Shown piece after piece: positions 1 to 11,938 of a DNA stretch of 64,000 nt. Below the pieces are notes generated by a model that saw nothing but the letters and a program-made list of their open reading frames with translations, was not told the origin of the DNA and ran no database searches. The translations under genes were made by a program, and so were the position numbers. Position 1 is the first letter of the stretch. Every line of letters starts with the position of its first letter. This DNA comes from Raillietiella orientalis (Eukaryota): positions 1,054,001 through 1,118,000 of the forward strand of contig JAYWIR010000007.1 in NCBI GenBank assembly GCA_036172245.1. The letters run 5' to 3'.

Positions 1-3000
1 AATTGTTTCGCAAATGATCATTAACTGATGCTTTAGCAAATCTTCCTTTTCGGGGGAGGATGCTTGCAAACGATCTAAACATGAGGGCGTACGCACAGGA
101 TCGAGAATCGCGTTCCGAGAAATTGGCATGCAGACTGCTTCGCAACCTTTTTTTTTTTTTTTTCCTTTTTTTTTCCTTTTTTTTTTTGTTTTTTTTTTTT
201 AAACGAACTATTCCAATGCACTGTGCAGATTATGCCTTTTAAATTTAGCTTTTGCATTTCTTTCTTTCCACCCCCTCCCCCCCCCCACCGCAGGATCAAG
301 AGATTGCAGAAAAATTCTCCGATGCTTCAAAACATTCAAAACGTTCTTTTGTCAATTCTTCATCGTTGCATCTTACCACTGCTTCACGTGTAGAAGAGAG
401 TTCATGCAATTAGAATCGAATTTCGAGAATTATTCGACGACTGCAACGGCTTTCTATAAATGTGCGTGCGATCCGTACTTTGGACAAGAGGGTTGATGTT
501 TTAAAATGTACTCATAAATTCATGTGTACTGCTTCGAGTTTTTTTTTTTTTTTTTTTTTTCAATTTTTTGATCGTGATGCTGTGAGGAAACTTAGCTGAC
601 TGGAGCCTATTTATGGCACGTGCTTGTCGGTTTTAGCTGTTTGCTGCCAGCGGTAGCATTGCTTAACGGCAAGGTGAGTCATGCTACTCTAGTGAACCAC
701 GTTCTTTTTTTTCTGATTGGAATTCAGTTATCAATTGGCAATCGTGTGCGAGGAAATGTAAAATATTTCAAATAAATGACGGAGGCATACGGTTCGCCAT
801 CTAAAGGTGTTTTTGTATTCTTCTGCAGAGTATAAAAGCTCGGATGTAAACACTGGCATTATTTTTGTTTGGTTAATTTAGTAATACAATTATGCTGTAG
901 TGACGACTTTTCTATCATTAACCGATTGCAAAGGAGGCTCAAGTTTCGTCATTTTATTTTGCCGCTTTCTCCCTCGGTAATTTGAATTTCGCAAAGAGTT
1001 TTACGCAATTATGCTGAAGGCTTGTGGCTGTTGTTCTAAATTGAGTATTTCATGCATAGAGAAATTCCATTTTATCATTTCCTCGTTGTATTTTTCGTGA
1101 ATGGTTGGTAACAGGCATTTGGGACTTGTTTCCCATGTTTCCGGGTGGGCAAAACGGAAAGCCTTTCGATGAGCCACTGGAAAAATGCATAATAAAGCCT
1201 ACGTTGAAATAGGTTGCGTATTCAAACATTTTGCTGTTTATATATGTAGTTGAAACGCAGCATCCTAAGACAATTCGAAAAGCCTTCACAGTGGCCCACA
1301 ATCTTTTGCAGATGTCTTCAGATGAGTAACTGGCACCTCCGAAACGGAATTATTCTATGAGGCGCGGAGGATTCATCATTATGTGAACCCGGTTTGCAAG
1401 CGTCATTTTCGGCTGTTGATTTAATTTCTGTGAATCGCTGAATTTCTCTGACTGATCGCATTTTAAATCCGTGCCGATTTGAGGAATTCGGCTGCTTGTG
1501 TTCGATTCTCGGAGTGTTTAAAGCTTAATCCTACCGATAAGAAGGAAATGATGCACGGTGAAAGTTATGCTCCGTTTGTCGCGATTGCACAAAATAAAGA
1601 AATGCATATCTTGTAGATGCTTTTTCTGTCAGTTCTCTTGTGGATCTATCTAATTTGTTTTTTCGGTAATTGGAACAGTATTCCAGCAATTCCGCGCTGT
1701 GGATGCCATTACGATTTGCGTGGTAAAGGCCAAGTCAGCATCATCTAAATTTCTCTATTGCGATCTCAATCGAAAGAGCATGCTTCATCCTTTTTTTTCC
1801 TTTTTTGGATCTTGCATCTTAAATAGTATTTTCCATATCCGTAATTCCGTGAGCTTGGACGACTTGAGGAGCTTCGTTTGCTAGACGTTGAAATATGCAC
1901 GTGGTTGTTAGGAAATAAGATGAACTTTCAGTTCGACAAACTGCCTGTCAGCTGAGGTGACACCAGAATCTTCCAAGAAGAATTAAAAATCGTTGCAATT
2001 CCGTATCACTGCAATTCTTTTTGTTTTGCTTTGTTGTTGCTGCTGCTGCTGCTGCTGCTTCCGGATTTGGCTTTACCAATGCTGTGCATTCCTCCCCGAG
2101 CGCTGGCGATGATATCCTTTGTGCATGGGGGGAGCTTTCGTGTTTTCACAAGCTCCATGTTGAAGGTTAACAGCCAACGGGATGATTCCATCCTAAGCAT
2201 CACGATCTGATTCAAATCACCGATGTATCTTTAGATCGGCAAGCGTTCACACCCCGCGCTCCAGGAGAGACTTCAGCGCCTGTTTGCATGCCGTCACTCC
2301 TAGGACGGAGGATTGTGCGAGCACCAGGCAGAGATCCTTGCAGAAATCTTTTTCTTTTTTTTTGTCGTTTGAAGAGCATGTCATCTGGTGAAAACGATTG
2401 GAAACTGTGTTCAAGGCCAAGCAGTGAAATTTAGCGCATAGATGACAACGTTTCAGTCATCATCACTTTGATTGTTCCTCCGAAGTTTTTTGGTGTGTGT
2501 GTTTCACACACACCGAATCACTCGAAGAATTCCTTCATAACGAATTAGGTGGTAATGCTGATCCACACGCGTTCTGCTTCTCCTCGTCCAGTTGCGTGTT
2601 GGCAAGCCTGGCTACGCATGAGTCGTCGTTCATTCTTATTTTTTTTTTTTTTCGTGTGACTTGCAAAATTCGTAGATGAGACGACTGTATCTTCCTATGC
2701 CGAGTTTTCGTGTACAAGGAAAAAAAAAAAAAAAAAAGTTTTCCTTTCCAAACGAGGAATCGATCCTTGGGCAGCCGTGACGATTTTTACCTCGCGGAAT
2801 TCTTCCGTTGGCATTCTTATGCATTTGCCATACCCTTCCACTGTAATTCTTACTTGCTCTTATATTTTCGAGTGAAATTTTTTTCTTCTTCTTCCCGACT
2901 GCTGCACGCTTCATGTGTTTCGTGCGATGCACTGAATCCAAAGTTATTCGTCTAATCAGTAAAACATGTTACACCAAAGTTATCTTTATTTTATACCCAT

Positions 3001-4761
3001 CAGAGGTAGGTCCGTTGATGGCCTGAAAAACTATTGCTGAGAGGTTTCACCCGTTGAGTTGGGACTCAGGTAACTTCCAGACCATTTCATTTGTCTTCAT
3101 CCCCTTCTCTAACTACGGTCTTAAGGTTTTTCTTAAGTACGAATTATCATAAATCGGTTCCACCTTACTGACCCTATTTGTTAATAAAACGGACGGGATC
3201 AAGATACTATTGGTCTGGTTGTCAGGACCAATAAGTAACTATTCCCGCTGACTGCAATTGTGACCACATTAGAAAATACATTCCTTCGAGCATCCAATTA
3301 AGTTGAGTGAATTTGAATTACACCATTTTTTCCCACTTGTCATGTTATTAATAGCGTTCTTCTTCCTTCTTCCTCTCTAGAAGATCGTTTATTGCTTGCT
3401 GGTATTTTTATCACGAGCTTGTTCTCTGCGGGAAGAACACTCGCTTCTACCTAACTTTATTAAATTTTGCGTAACTTGGAATTAAGTGATGTAAATTTCC
3501 AAGATATCGCTGTGCAAAATAAGAAAGGTAAAGATGCATGAAAACGATCACATTACGTCCCACTCAATCCTTTGCCTACTGCAGCTTCCATTTTGACGGA
3601 ACTTCTACGAATTCTGAAATGTAACACCGTCCATACACGCAAAGATTCCAAGCATGAAATGGAGCTTTATTTATCAGCACCGGCATGTACTTTTCCATGG
3701 CTAAAGTGTAGGTGCACTCTTGAAATTACGATTGGTCTTACATTTAACATTGGGGACGAAATCGCCACGCCGAATTTTTTGAATTTCGAAACTGACGTCT
3801 GATCAAACGGACACAATGCAACGAGAAAAGAATCGTCAGTGTTCTCCGTCGAGGCGAGAAGATGGTGCACAGCACTGCAATGGGTGGAAGGCAAAGCCGA
3901 GGCCAGGGAGGGGGGGTTCAGGAGCGATTCCAAGCTGGAAGAAAGAAAACGTAATGATTCACACAACCACGGAGCATTCTGGAAGTCGTATTGCGGATGC
4001 GGTTGGCATCTGTCAGGATTTCACCCTACCGACTTGCCGTTTTGATACTGCCGACGAGTCGATATCCAAAGGTCTGGCATGGAACCTTCGTCTTGGCGTT
4101 TGCAACTCTTCGCGCATCCGTTTGGTTGACGGCAGTGGACTCGTGATTTCTCCTCCTCCTTCTTCTCCTTCTTCTTCTTGTTCCTCTTCGGAAGAAGAAT
4201 TACGATTCGAGAAATGCAATCAATTCGAAATGGACGACCATGCACAAAACGTAAGCCTTTTAATCAGTGGTATGAGAAGCGGAAGGAAGGGGGTGAGGGG
4301 GGTGAGGAAGGGGGAATCCAATCTGACAGATATCATCACTTTGAAGCAATTAGAATCATAATTATGTTCTTGCAACAGTACGGTCTCGACGGTGTGGGAA
4401 ATTTTCATCGGTAGGCTTAATGATCTGCTGGTTTTTCAAAGGTCAATCAGTCCTCTGCACGTAGCGAGACCACCTAGAAAGCCTCTGCCTTGCTGCTCAA
4501 CGAAAGTGCTTCAACCGTGAGACTTTCGAAATGTCAAATTAAGTAAAGCATCGGCTAAGATCGTCTCTGCGGCGGCGGGCGACCGAATTCGTAACCGTTC
4601 GTCTGGCCCGGTGTCAGACTGCGCCAGTTGTGCACGGTTCCCGCGAAATGGCACCGACTGCGCACCCAACAAACCACGGTCGCGGAGATCTATCGAAAAA
4701 ATTTGCAGCTTCCCGAAAATAAATGGGCAAAACCTTCTCTTCCTTCGGTATCACTTTCTTG

Positions 4762-4793
4762 GTGCGTGCGCGTGTGCGTGCGTGCGTGCGTGC
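4762..4793. repeat. (GTGC)n-type alternating purine-pyrimidine tract, 32 bp
   Basis: gtgcgtgcgcgtgtgcgtgcgtgcgtgcgtgc, with strict R/Y alternation. Confidence 0.9.
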
Positions 4794-6510
4794 TTTTGCA
4801 TACCCCTCCCCCCCTTTCCTCCCCTTCCTTTTTTATGCACTATTTGTGAGCACACTATCCCTACTTGTAAGTAGGGTACTTTTATTGAGCAGCAGCAGAT
4901 GTAATGATGTGATCAAAGTGATGCCTAACGATAGTTCGGCTAATTAAAGTTCGCAGAGTGATTGATTCGGTAATGAAAGTGGGATGCAATTGATGCTGCG
5001 CACCCCTCCCCTGCACTTCGATGTTTCCATAACTCTCTCGCGTACCTCGTCCCCGTTCCGAAGTGCGGGAAACCGAAAGATTCCGAAAAAAAAAAAGCGA
5101 TCCACTACTTCATGAGAAGACAATGAGATTGAGGCCTCTCCGGCTCCTCTGTACCATTCCGCTGCCTTTTTTTTTTTTTTTTTTTTGATGACCATTGCTG
5201 CAAAGTAGAGCATGATCTGAACGTTCGAGAACGGCGATGGCGCGGTGGAAAAGCAGAGTGGATCGAGCAAAAGTCATCTCGGTCATCTGCGCCTTGAAGA
5301 GAGTTGCAACTGCTGCTCACTTTGCTCACGTGGAGCAAATCACTCGGTACGATAACCATGACTACAGTGCTCACTGTTGTCTAGTCTTCTTCTTTTTTTT
5401 TCCTTCTTTTTACCGATGCCTTCATTGCCAATACGTAAATGGCGGGGTCGGCGGTTTTTTTCTTTAAACTTTGGCAAGTTGGTAGTGTCATCATCAGTAA
5501 TTAGTTCTTATTGTTTGCAGAACAATAAGAACCAATTACTTTCGAACCTAGCCACAGTCTTTTCTCTCTCCCCTTGCAATGCATCGTTTAGCAGCCAAAC
5601 TTTGAGAATAACGAATCTTCTTTAAAATCAAGTGATCCCTTGCAGGAAGTCTTCTGAACTCTTCAAGTCGATTCTCAACCGCGACATTCGTGGAATTCCA
5701 CTTTTTTATTTCATTTTATTTTATTTTTTCTACCGTGGAATGGATGCAAAATGTCAGAGCCAGTGTCAAGAAATGGAACAAAGCGAAGGCACTGCCATGA
5801 CTCCTGCATCTGGATCAGGAACCCAAGGAAAGATGCAGCCTACTGTGATCTTTCATCATTGCCTTCCTCGGATTTGGGCTGGAGATGTGATGAAAATGGA
5901 AATGTTAAGCAGCAGAGTCTTCATCTTTAATGTCTCCTTCCAATTATCCTCGTAACTAGGGTTTTTTTCACGAGCCGATGCCCAGGATCAGATCAGAGCG
6001 CCTCGCTTGGGCGTGATGCAGGATCGTCCAGCAGTATCATAGAGAGTAATGAACTCATTTTGAGCGAACCGACCTACTACCTCCCTGCTCTGAGACTCCT
6101 ACTAGAATATCTGTCCTTTCCTTCGATTCTTAATTTTTTTTTCATTCTTCTTGCCCAGATGCACTGATCCTCACGAATGAGTTGCTGTTTGTTGCAGGAA
6201 GAACCAACTGCTCAGTAACACAGCTAAGATCGGTGCAGTGCAGATGCGATTGTTTTTTTTTTTTTTTTTTTTTTATCCTTCGCCTGTGACACCTGGTTGC
6301 TCCAGGGCGTTTGTTGCAACTTGCAACACTAAAGACACAAAGGTTACGATAAAATAGTGCACGCTGGGGCACGAGTAACTACGAAAGTCCGAAGAATGCT
6401 GGATGCGTTCTCGAGAACTAGCCGACCTTTCATCGGGGAGTGCCTCGGAGAAGGAAGAGAAGGGTTACCAAAAAAACAATGAAAAAAAAAAATACACTAC
6501 TTTTCATGTC

Positions 6511-6581
6511 GGAGGAGGGAAGGAGGGAGAGAGAGAGAGAGAGAGAGTGAGAGTGACGGGAGAGGGGGGGAAGAAGAGAGC
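6511..6581 (+). repeat. GA-rich purine tract including (GA)n at 6527-6547
   Basis: ggaggagggaaggagggagagagagagagagagagagtgagagtgacgggagagg... Confidence 0.9.
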
Positions 6582-6629
6582 TAGAGTCAGCGGTAACCCC
6601 CTACCGGGCTACTCTGCATCCTGTTCAGG

Positions 6630-6712
6630 ATGCTGGCAGACTTCACCCTTGAGTCCGTCAGATGGAGCCATCTTCGCCTTGGGAGATTACTGAGAGTTGA
6701 AAACTTTATTGG
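6630..6712 (+). CDS. Candidate short first coding exon (MLADFTLESVRWSHLRLGRLLRVENFIG), phase 2
   Basis: ATG at 6630 is open for 27 codons plus GG, then GTATGA donor-like at 6713. It lies between a GA tract and an X-box. No homology recognised. Confidence 0.2.
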
Positions 6713-6771
6713 GTATGAGTAAAGTTTCCTAAGAGCGGAGTTTTTTTTTTTTTTTTTCCAGCGATCTGCCG

Positions 6772-6811
6772 GTCTCCATGGAAACGATGTTCTCTGGTCG
6801 TTCACGTGAAC
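6772..6811. promoter_or_regulatory. RFX X-box plus palindromic E-box
   Basis: GTCTCCATGGAAAC (6772-6785) matches the 14-bp X-box consensus GTHNYYATRRNAAC. GTTCACGTGAAC (6800-6811) is a 12-bp palindrome with a CACGTG core. Confidence 0.45.
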
Positions 6812-9388
6812 CACTGCTTCACCAATCACCGAATCAACAATTTACCCGGTTTATTATTGTGGCTATTCCGAGACGGAGCGGTGGCTGCCATTTTAAAACT
6901 GTCTGCAGCGTGCAACGAATCTCATCAAAAAGTTGCCTCTCCAGACCTGGACTATCCCCGAGCAACAAATTGGACTTTTTCGAATTCTTTCGTTTGTTCC
7001 CTTCCGTTCTCGCTCGAAAGGTTCCCTTGGAAACCGCTTGTGGTTCCCATTCGCGCGCGCTATGGGGGCGTGACATTTTGTGGGAAGGTTAGCCTCGAGT
7101 CCCATAGGGTGAGAGCCGCGATGGGATTTCGGAGACGGCCTATCCAGGCCTATCAGGTCAAAGGGCAGCCGCACTCGCTGGAGGGTGCATGTCGAATCAG
7201 CAGCTGCATTTCGAAACGCTCGACGGGGAAGAGCGGGTTCTCGTCCCTCACGGCAGGCGAACCTTTTTCCTTGAGGTGGATCCCGGCAGATGACACGCCA
7301 CCGACTCCTGGATTCCGGATAGCCAAGCATGCAAAATTGCCGAGGTTCATCCGGAAAGACTGAAGCGGGATGCGGAAGGTCTTGGTCCAGAGTTCGAGCA
7401 GCCGGATCCTTGACCAGTGGGTGCGTCACAGGAGAATCTCGAGTCTTCGCTACTTGGCACGCAAGGCCGCATCCTGATCCTCGCTTTTACAGGGACTTTC
7501 GAACCACATGGTCCCCGTCGAGGGCTTGCCTACTCGGAGTCGGCGCCAGCAAGCGGGCTCGATGGGAAGGACCGAACGAACGAGGCTCACCCCTTCGCCT
7601 TTTCTGCCTCGCTCACCGGAATTTCGTGCCGAGGTCGCTGGTGGCTCCTGGACCATCCTGACCCGGGATCTGAGCGCGCCAGCGGACTTCGGCTCCCCAT
7701 CTTCACCCTACCCTTCGATGTGGGCGGTCCCGACGTGCGGCACCCTCTCCTAGCGTCTGCTTCTTTCGCCAGCGACCCCAGAGAGGTAGCCGGATGATAT
7801 GCTGAGGCTGCAAGCGATCCCCTCCCCATCATCTCTGGGAATCGTCCCAGGGGCTGATCCCACCTCGCGGTGGATCCCCAATCTCTCTCGGCAGGATCCA
7901 TTGTTTGTTGGACTTTCTCATTGGTCGCCTCTCTCCTGCCGGAATCTCTCAGTCACCTTTTTCCACGCCTGGTGCCGTTGTCCTAAGAAATCACCCTCCT
8001 CCCCCTCCCCGAGCTTTTGTCCCAGCCTCCTCCTCCTGTTTCACTTCGCCAAGAGCTTTTCCTCCTTTTCCTTTTCTTCCTCACCAAACTCCCATTCCTT
8101 CCTTCCATTTTTTCCACGCTTCCACTTCGATCCATTGGCTTCAGAAGGAACGGAGAGCGGTAGAGACAGTGACGTAGCGATGGATGCTTATAGATGGCTC
8201 CGCTTCTAAAAAAAAAAAAAGAGGATGAAAAAAAAAAAAGACCCTTTTACAATCGATAACTCCTTCCATTTGGCTGCCGGGAAGGATTCGCCAGAGAGAG
8301 TGCGCTTTTCTGGTCTGAGAGCTCATGAGGAGAGCCTGGGCTTGCTGCAGACAGGAAAAGTTTCTCACTCACAAAGAGGGGGGAAGGGAGGGCGCTAGTA
8401 TGGAGGGTAGCGCATGCTCCTAGTAGCCAAACACTGTCAACCAGAAGCTGCAAGTACCGCGTGCACCCACGGATCCTCCACCTGAGCTCTCCCTCCCTCC
8501 CTCTCAAGTGATCCATGGCATATCTGGGGGATGAGAAGAGGATAAATTCTGCGGGCACCTCATGGAAGCGATGGGGATGCTGACTCCGGAGAAGCTCGAA
8601 GACGGCGAAGAGACGGTGCGCAGCGAACGAAGAGAAGGGTATTCGGCTCGCTGCAACGAATGAGGAAGAGGACCACCTCCGATTGAATGACAGCAGCCCG
8701 GACCTCGGAGCCGCACCTGGGAGCAGCTCTCCCTGCGAGCGCTCCTCCCCTCCGCTCCCCGACGTCGCGCCTGTGGGAAGGGGGGGAGCAGTCGAAATTC
8801 GAAAGTACGGGATCTTCGGAGATGTTCTCATCCTTTCTAGGAGATGCACGGCGCAAGGTGGGTACGCTGCAACGGCGAGCAAGCACGGCGGACGGTGGCG
8901 CAAGCACCGCTCCGTGAGAATGGTGGCTTCCGATGAGTCCTGCGGTGGCCGGCAACTCACCTCACGCAGTCTGACCCGGGTCCGTCACGCATCCCTTGCA
9001 GGCGGACAACCTCGGTGCCACGTCGCTGGCTCCGATGAAATCCTACGGGCACGCGGTGTGCACTTCAGCAGTCGTATCGATTTTTTCCAGTGAGGGCAGC
9101 GGTTCTGGAGAATTCTGTCTCCCTTTGCAATCAATGCCACACACACGTGTATGTGTGTATGCACACTCGTGGGAGCATCGGATGCGGTTCGCGGTACGTT
9201 CCACGCGCCTCCCGATACGTCATGCAGTCCAGTTCACGTGTACATGCGTTCGGTACAGGGGAGATGTGTCCCTCTGTCTCCCTCCCTCCCTGTTCACGCG
9301 AGGAAGGCCACGATGGAAGCTGAGAATGCGTCTGGCGAGGGAGACGGATTCGGAGTGCGGCGGTCTCGGCAGAATCCAACACTCAGAG

Positions 9389-9446
9389 ACGAGCGGAGGA
9401 GTGCACCGTCGGTGGACCCAACACGAGTGGAGGAGTGCACCGTCGG
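9389..9446. repeat. Two-copy 24-bp direct repeat, 34-bp period
   Basis: acgagcggaggagtgcaccgtcgg (9389-9412) and acgagtggaggagtgcaccgtcgg (9423-9446), one mismatch. Confidence 0.9.
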
Positions 9447-11841
9447 CACCGCCTGGACGGGGAAATGTCGCTGCTTTCCACGGGACTCGCCTGCCACGCA
9501 AAGTTTCGCTCCTGGACCGAGCTGTGCTTCGCTGCCGGTCGGCTCACTCCCTTCAGCTTCTCCCCTCCCCCTCCCCCCTACTCCAGACTGGTCGTAGCAG
9601 TCCAGGGTGGCAAGGCGTTCTCACCGCGGATGCCTTCCTCGAGGACGCAGCCGAGTTCTACAAGATGGAACGCGTCTTCGCCCCTTCGGCGCGCAGGGAA
9701 GCGAGCCAGTCGGCGAAACGATTCGGGCTGCTGTGCGCGGCTGTACGGCGGCGCACCGGGACGGCTCCTTCGGAATCGGGAAGTTTCGCACGGGACGAAA
9801 GGATTCAGGGCGGCCCTGGCGTGATTTCCGTTGGCTCGCCTCCTCACGGGATCGACTTCACGCCTGTTGCTACCCGCTCCATCTTCGTTCGCAGCCGCCA
9901 GACTACGTGGAAACGCCGAAGATGCACGCCGGCAAAGTTCCCTCCCGGTTCGAAGAGAGGATCTCATTTTTCAAAACCTGCAATTTTCGAGTATCCCACC
10001 TTGGGGAGAGAGGGGGGGTGAGGAGAGGGGGGATGAAAAAAAGAAAATGAAAAAGCACCCCGATGTCTGCCGCTGCAGGACTTTCCTATTTTTAGGACCC
10101 AAGTCCGCTACCTTAGGTAAAGAGACTTTTGGCTGCAACAGAACGCGGAGAGTGCCCGGGAAAGCCTCCGGACGACTGGATTCGGAGTTGTTAGCACGCA
10201 TTTTGCTAGAAGGCAAGGAAGAAGAAGACATCAAAAAAAAAATGAAAAACCCCGAGAGCCAGAGACGCACTCCTAGTATCAGCGCCGCCACGGCATTCCA
10301 AATTGAACTGGAGAGGCCAGCCATCGAAGAAGATCCGTAAGTCGCCCCTGTCTTCTTCTCTTCCCCCCTTCCGTCACCATGGCGATTCCTCGAGCAGATT
10401 GCACCAGGAGATTCTGAGGGATCAGCGATAGTTCGACCCAAAATAACTTGAGAACCCAAGAAAAACCCCGCGCGACAGCATCGGGGTGATCCATTTTTGG
10501 ATTTCATATTTTTAAAAGCAAAATCTTCGCTTAATGGGAGCAGCGACTACCGCAAGCACCGCTCCTGGCTGCTTGCGTCTTCCTCCTTTCCTCTGAGACC
10601 CGAAGAGTATCGGGGCGAAGCGACACGAGTCTGCGGCTGGGAGAGTTGCCCGGAAAACGCATCCGTCCGGCGATCTTCAGGTCAGTTATCGCACCCAAGC
10701 TCGGATTTGTAATTTTCCCCTCGGCCTCCTCCAGCCTTCGCATCACCCGCTTTCCTGGAGACCGTTTCTGACGCTGAGAGAGGATGGACCGAGATCAGCA
10801 AGAGACGCTGACGAAATTTCCAATGACGAATTCCAGCGCCCAGGTACTGAAGCTCACTCTGGCAACCTGCTCTGGACTTGGTTGCGGCTAGGAAGGGGAA
10901 TGGCAATGGCTGGCCATCATCGAAGTTCTGTTCGTTCCTTGGCAACAAAACCTCCTTGCTGCTCGAGAGCAGCCTCTGTTCAGGTTCCCGCTATGGAAAA
11001 GGGCGGTACCTCGCGGTTTTGGTATCTTTGGGCAACGGAGATGGTGGCAATGGTCATGACTGCAGGAAGGTGCCGCTTCACTGAACCGTCTGCGGGGGGC
11101 TTCCCAAAGCAGCTTCTTGACCGCGGGTTCATCTCGCCAAGGGCGTTTCCTGAGATACGTGGGTGCAACCGAGTTGACTTTGCTTTCCCGTGGCTGCAGC
11201 TTCATGACGAGCCGCTCCTTTCTCCCAGACAAGTGGATGGTTCCTCAGTTGATTTCTCCCGGGCACCCGGGGTTACTCCTGGAGGGTATGAAGTCCGTGA
11301 AGATATCTCCTGCTGATTGTCGCCGCTGCGCCGAACGACAAGCTGAGATTCTGCGTGCTCATTCTGCGCACCCGGACGTGAGAACAACACCTTGCGCGCC
11401 TGTGCCTGGAATTCCTCGACAGCAAGACCTGTGCGATCCTATCGTCAAGGGGTGACACGAAGATCGCTCCCCCCCGCCCTTGGTCTTCCGCGATGCTCAG
11501 GCTCCGTTTCAGACTCCCGCAGGTTTCCTTCTTGCTAGGTGGACGACTGCCCGTTTCCGTGCTGCGATCCAGGATTTTGAGGCCAGCTGTGTCCGGGATC
11601 CGAGAGAACGGCACCCCCGCGTTTGAACGATGCCCCGCGGGAGTTCTTTCCCTCGATCACCACACAATACTGATTGCCATTGATCGCGCATCGTCCCTGC
11701 GCGCTCTCGACCGCCGGAACCGGCGAGGATGGGTCTCGGATCTCGACGCGTTCCATCCTTGCGATTGCTCCTGTCCGTCCCACCGCCAGCCGTCGTCGTC
11801 TTGGGGTACCTTTCGAGGCGAAGCGGTCCACCGAGGCAAGA

Positions 11842-11938
11842 GCGGAAATGGATCGTGACGTCACCCCTTCGTCGCTCGAGCGCGGGCACGTCCGACGACG
11901 GTGCGCAGGCGGTCGTTCGATCGAACGGAAGTGACGTC
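11842..11938. promoter_or_regulatory. CRE plus overlapping ETS-CRE cluster
   Basis: GTGACGTCAC at 11855-11864, CGGAAGTGACGTC at 11926-11938 and GCGGAAAT at 11842. Confidence 0.5.

Noticed and set aside
3816..4361. 181-aa ORF in the left flank
   Set aside because: No domain recognised, it includes a CCT/TCT low-complexity run, and the opposite strand has equally uninformative ORFs
9389..9446. CRISPR-like repeat-spacer
   Set aside because: Only two copies with a 10-bp gap, no cas genes and eukaryotic context
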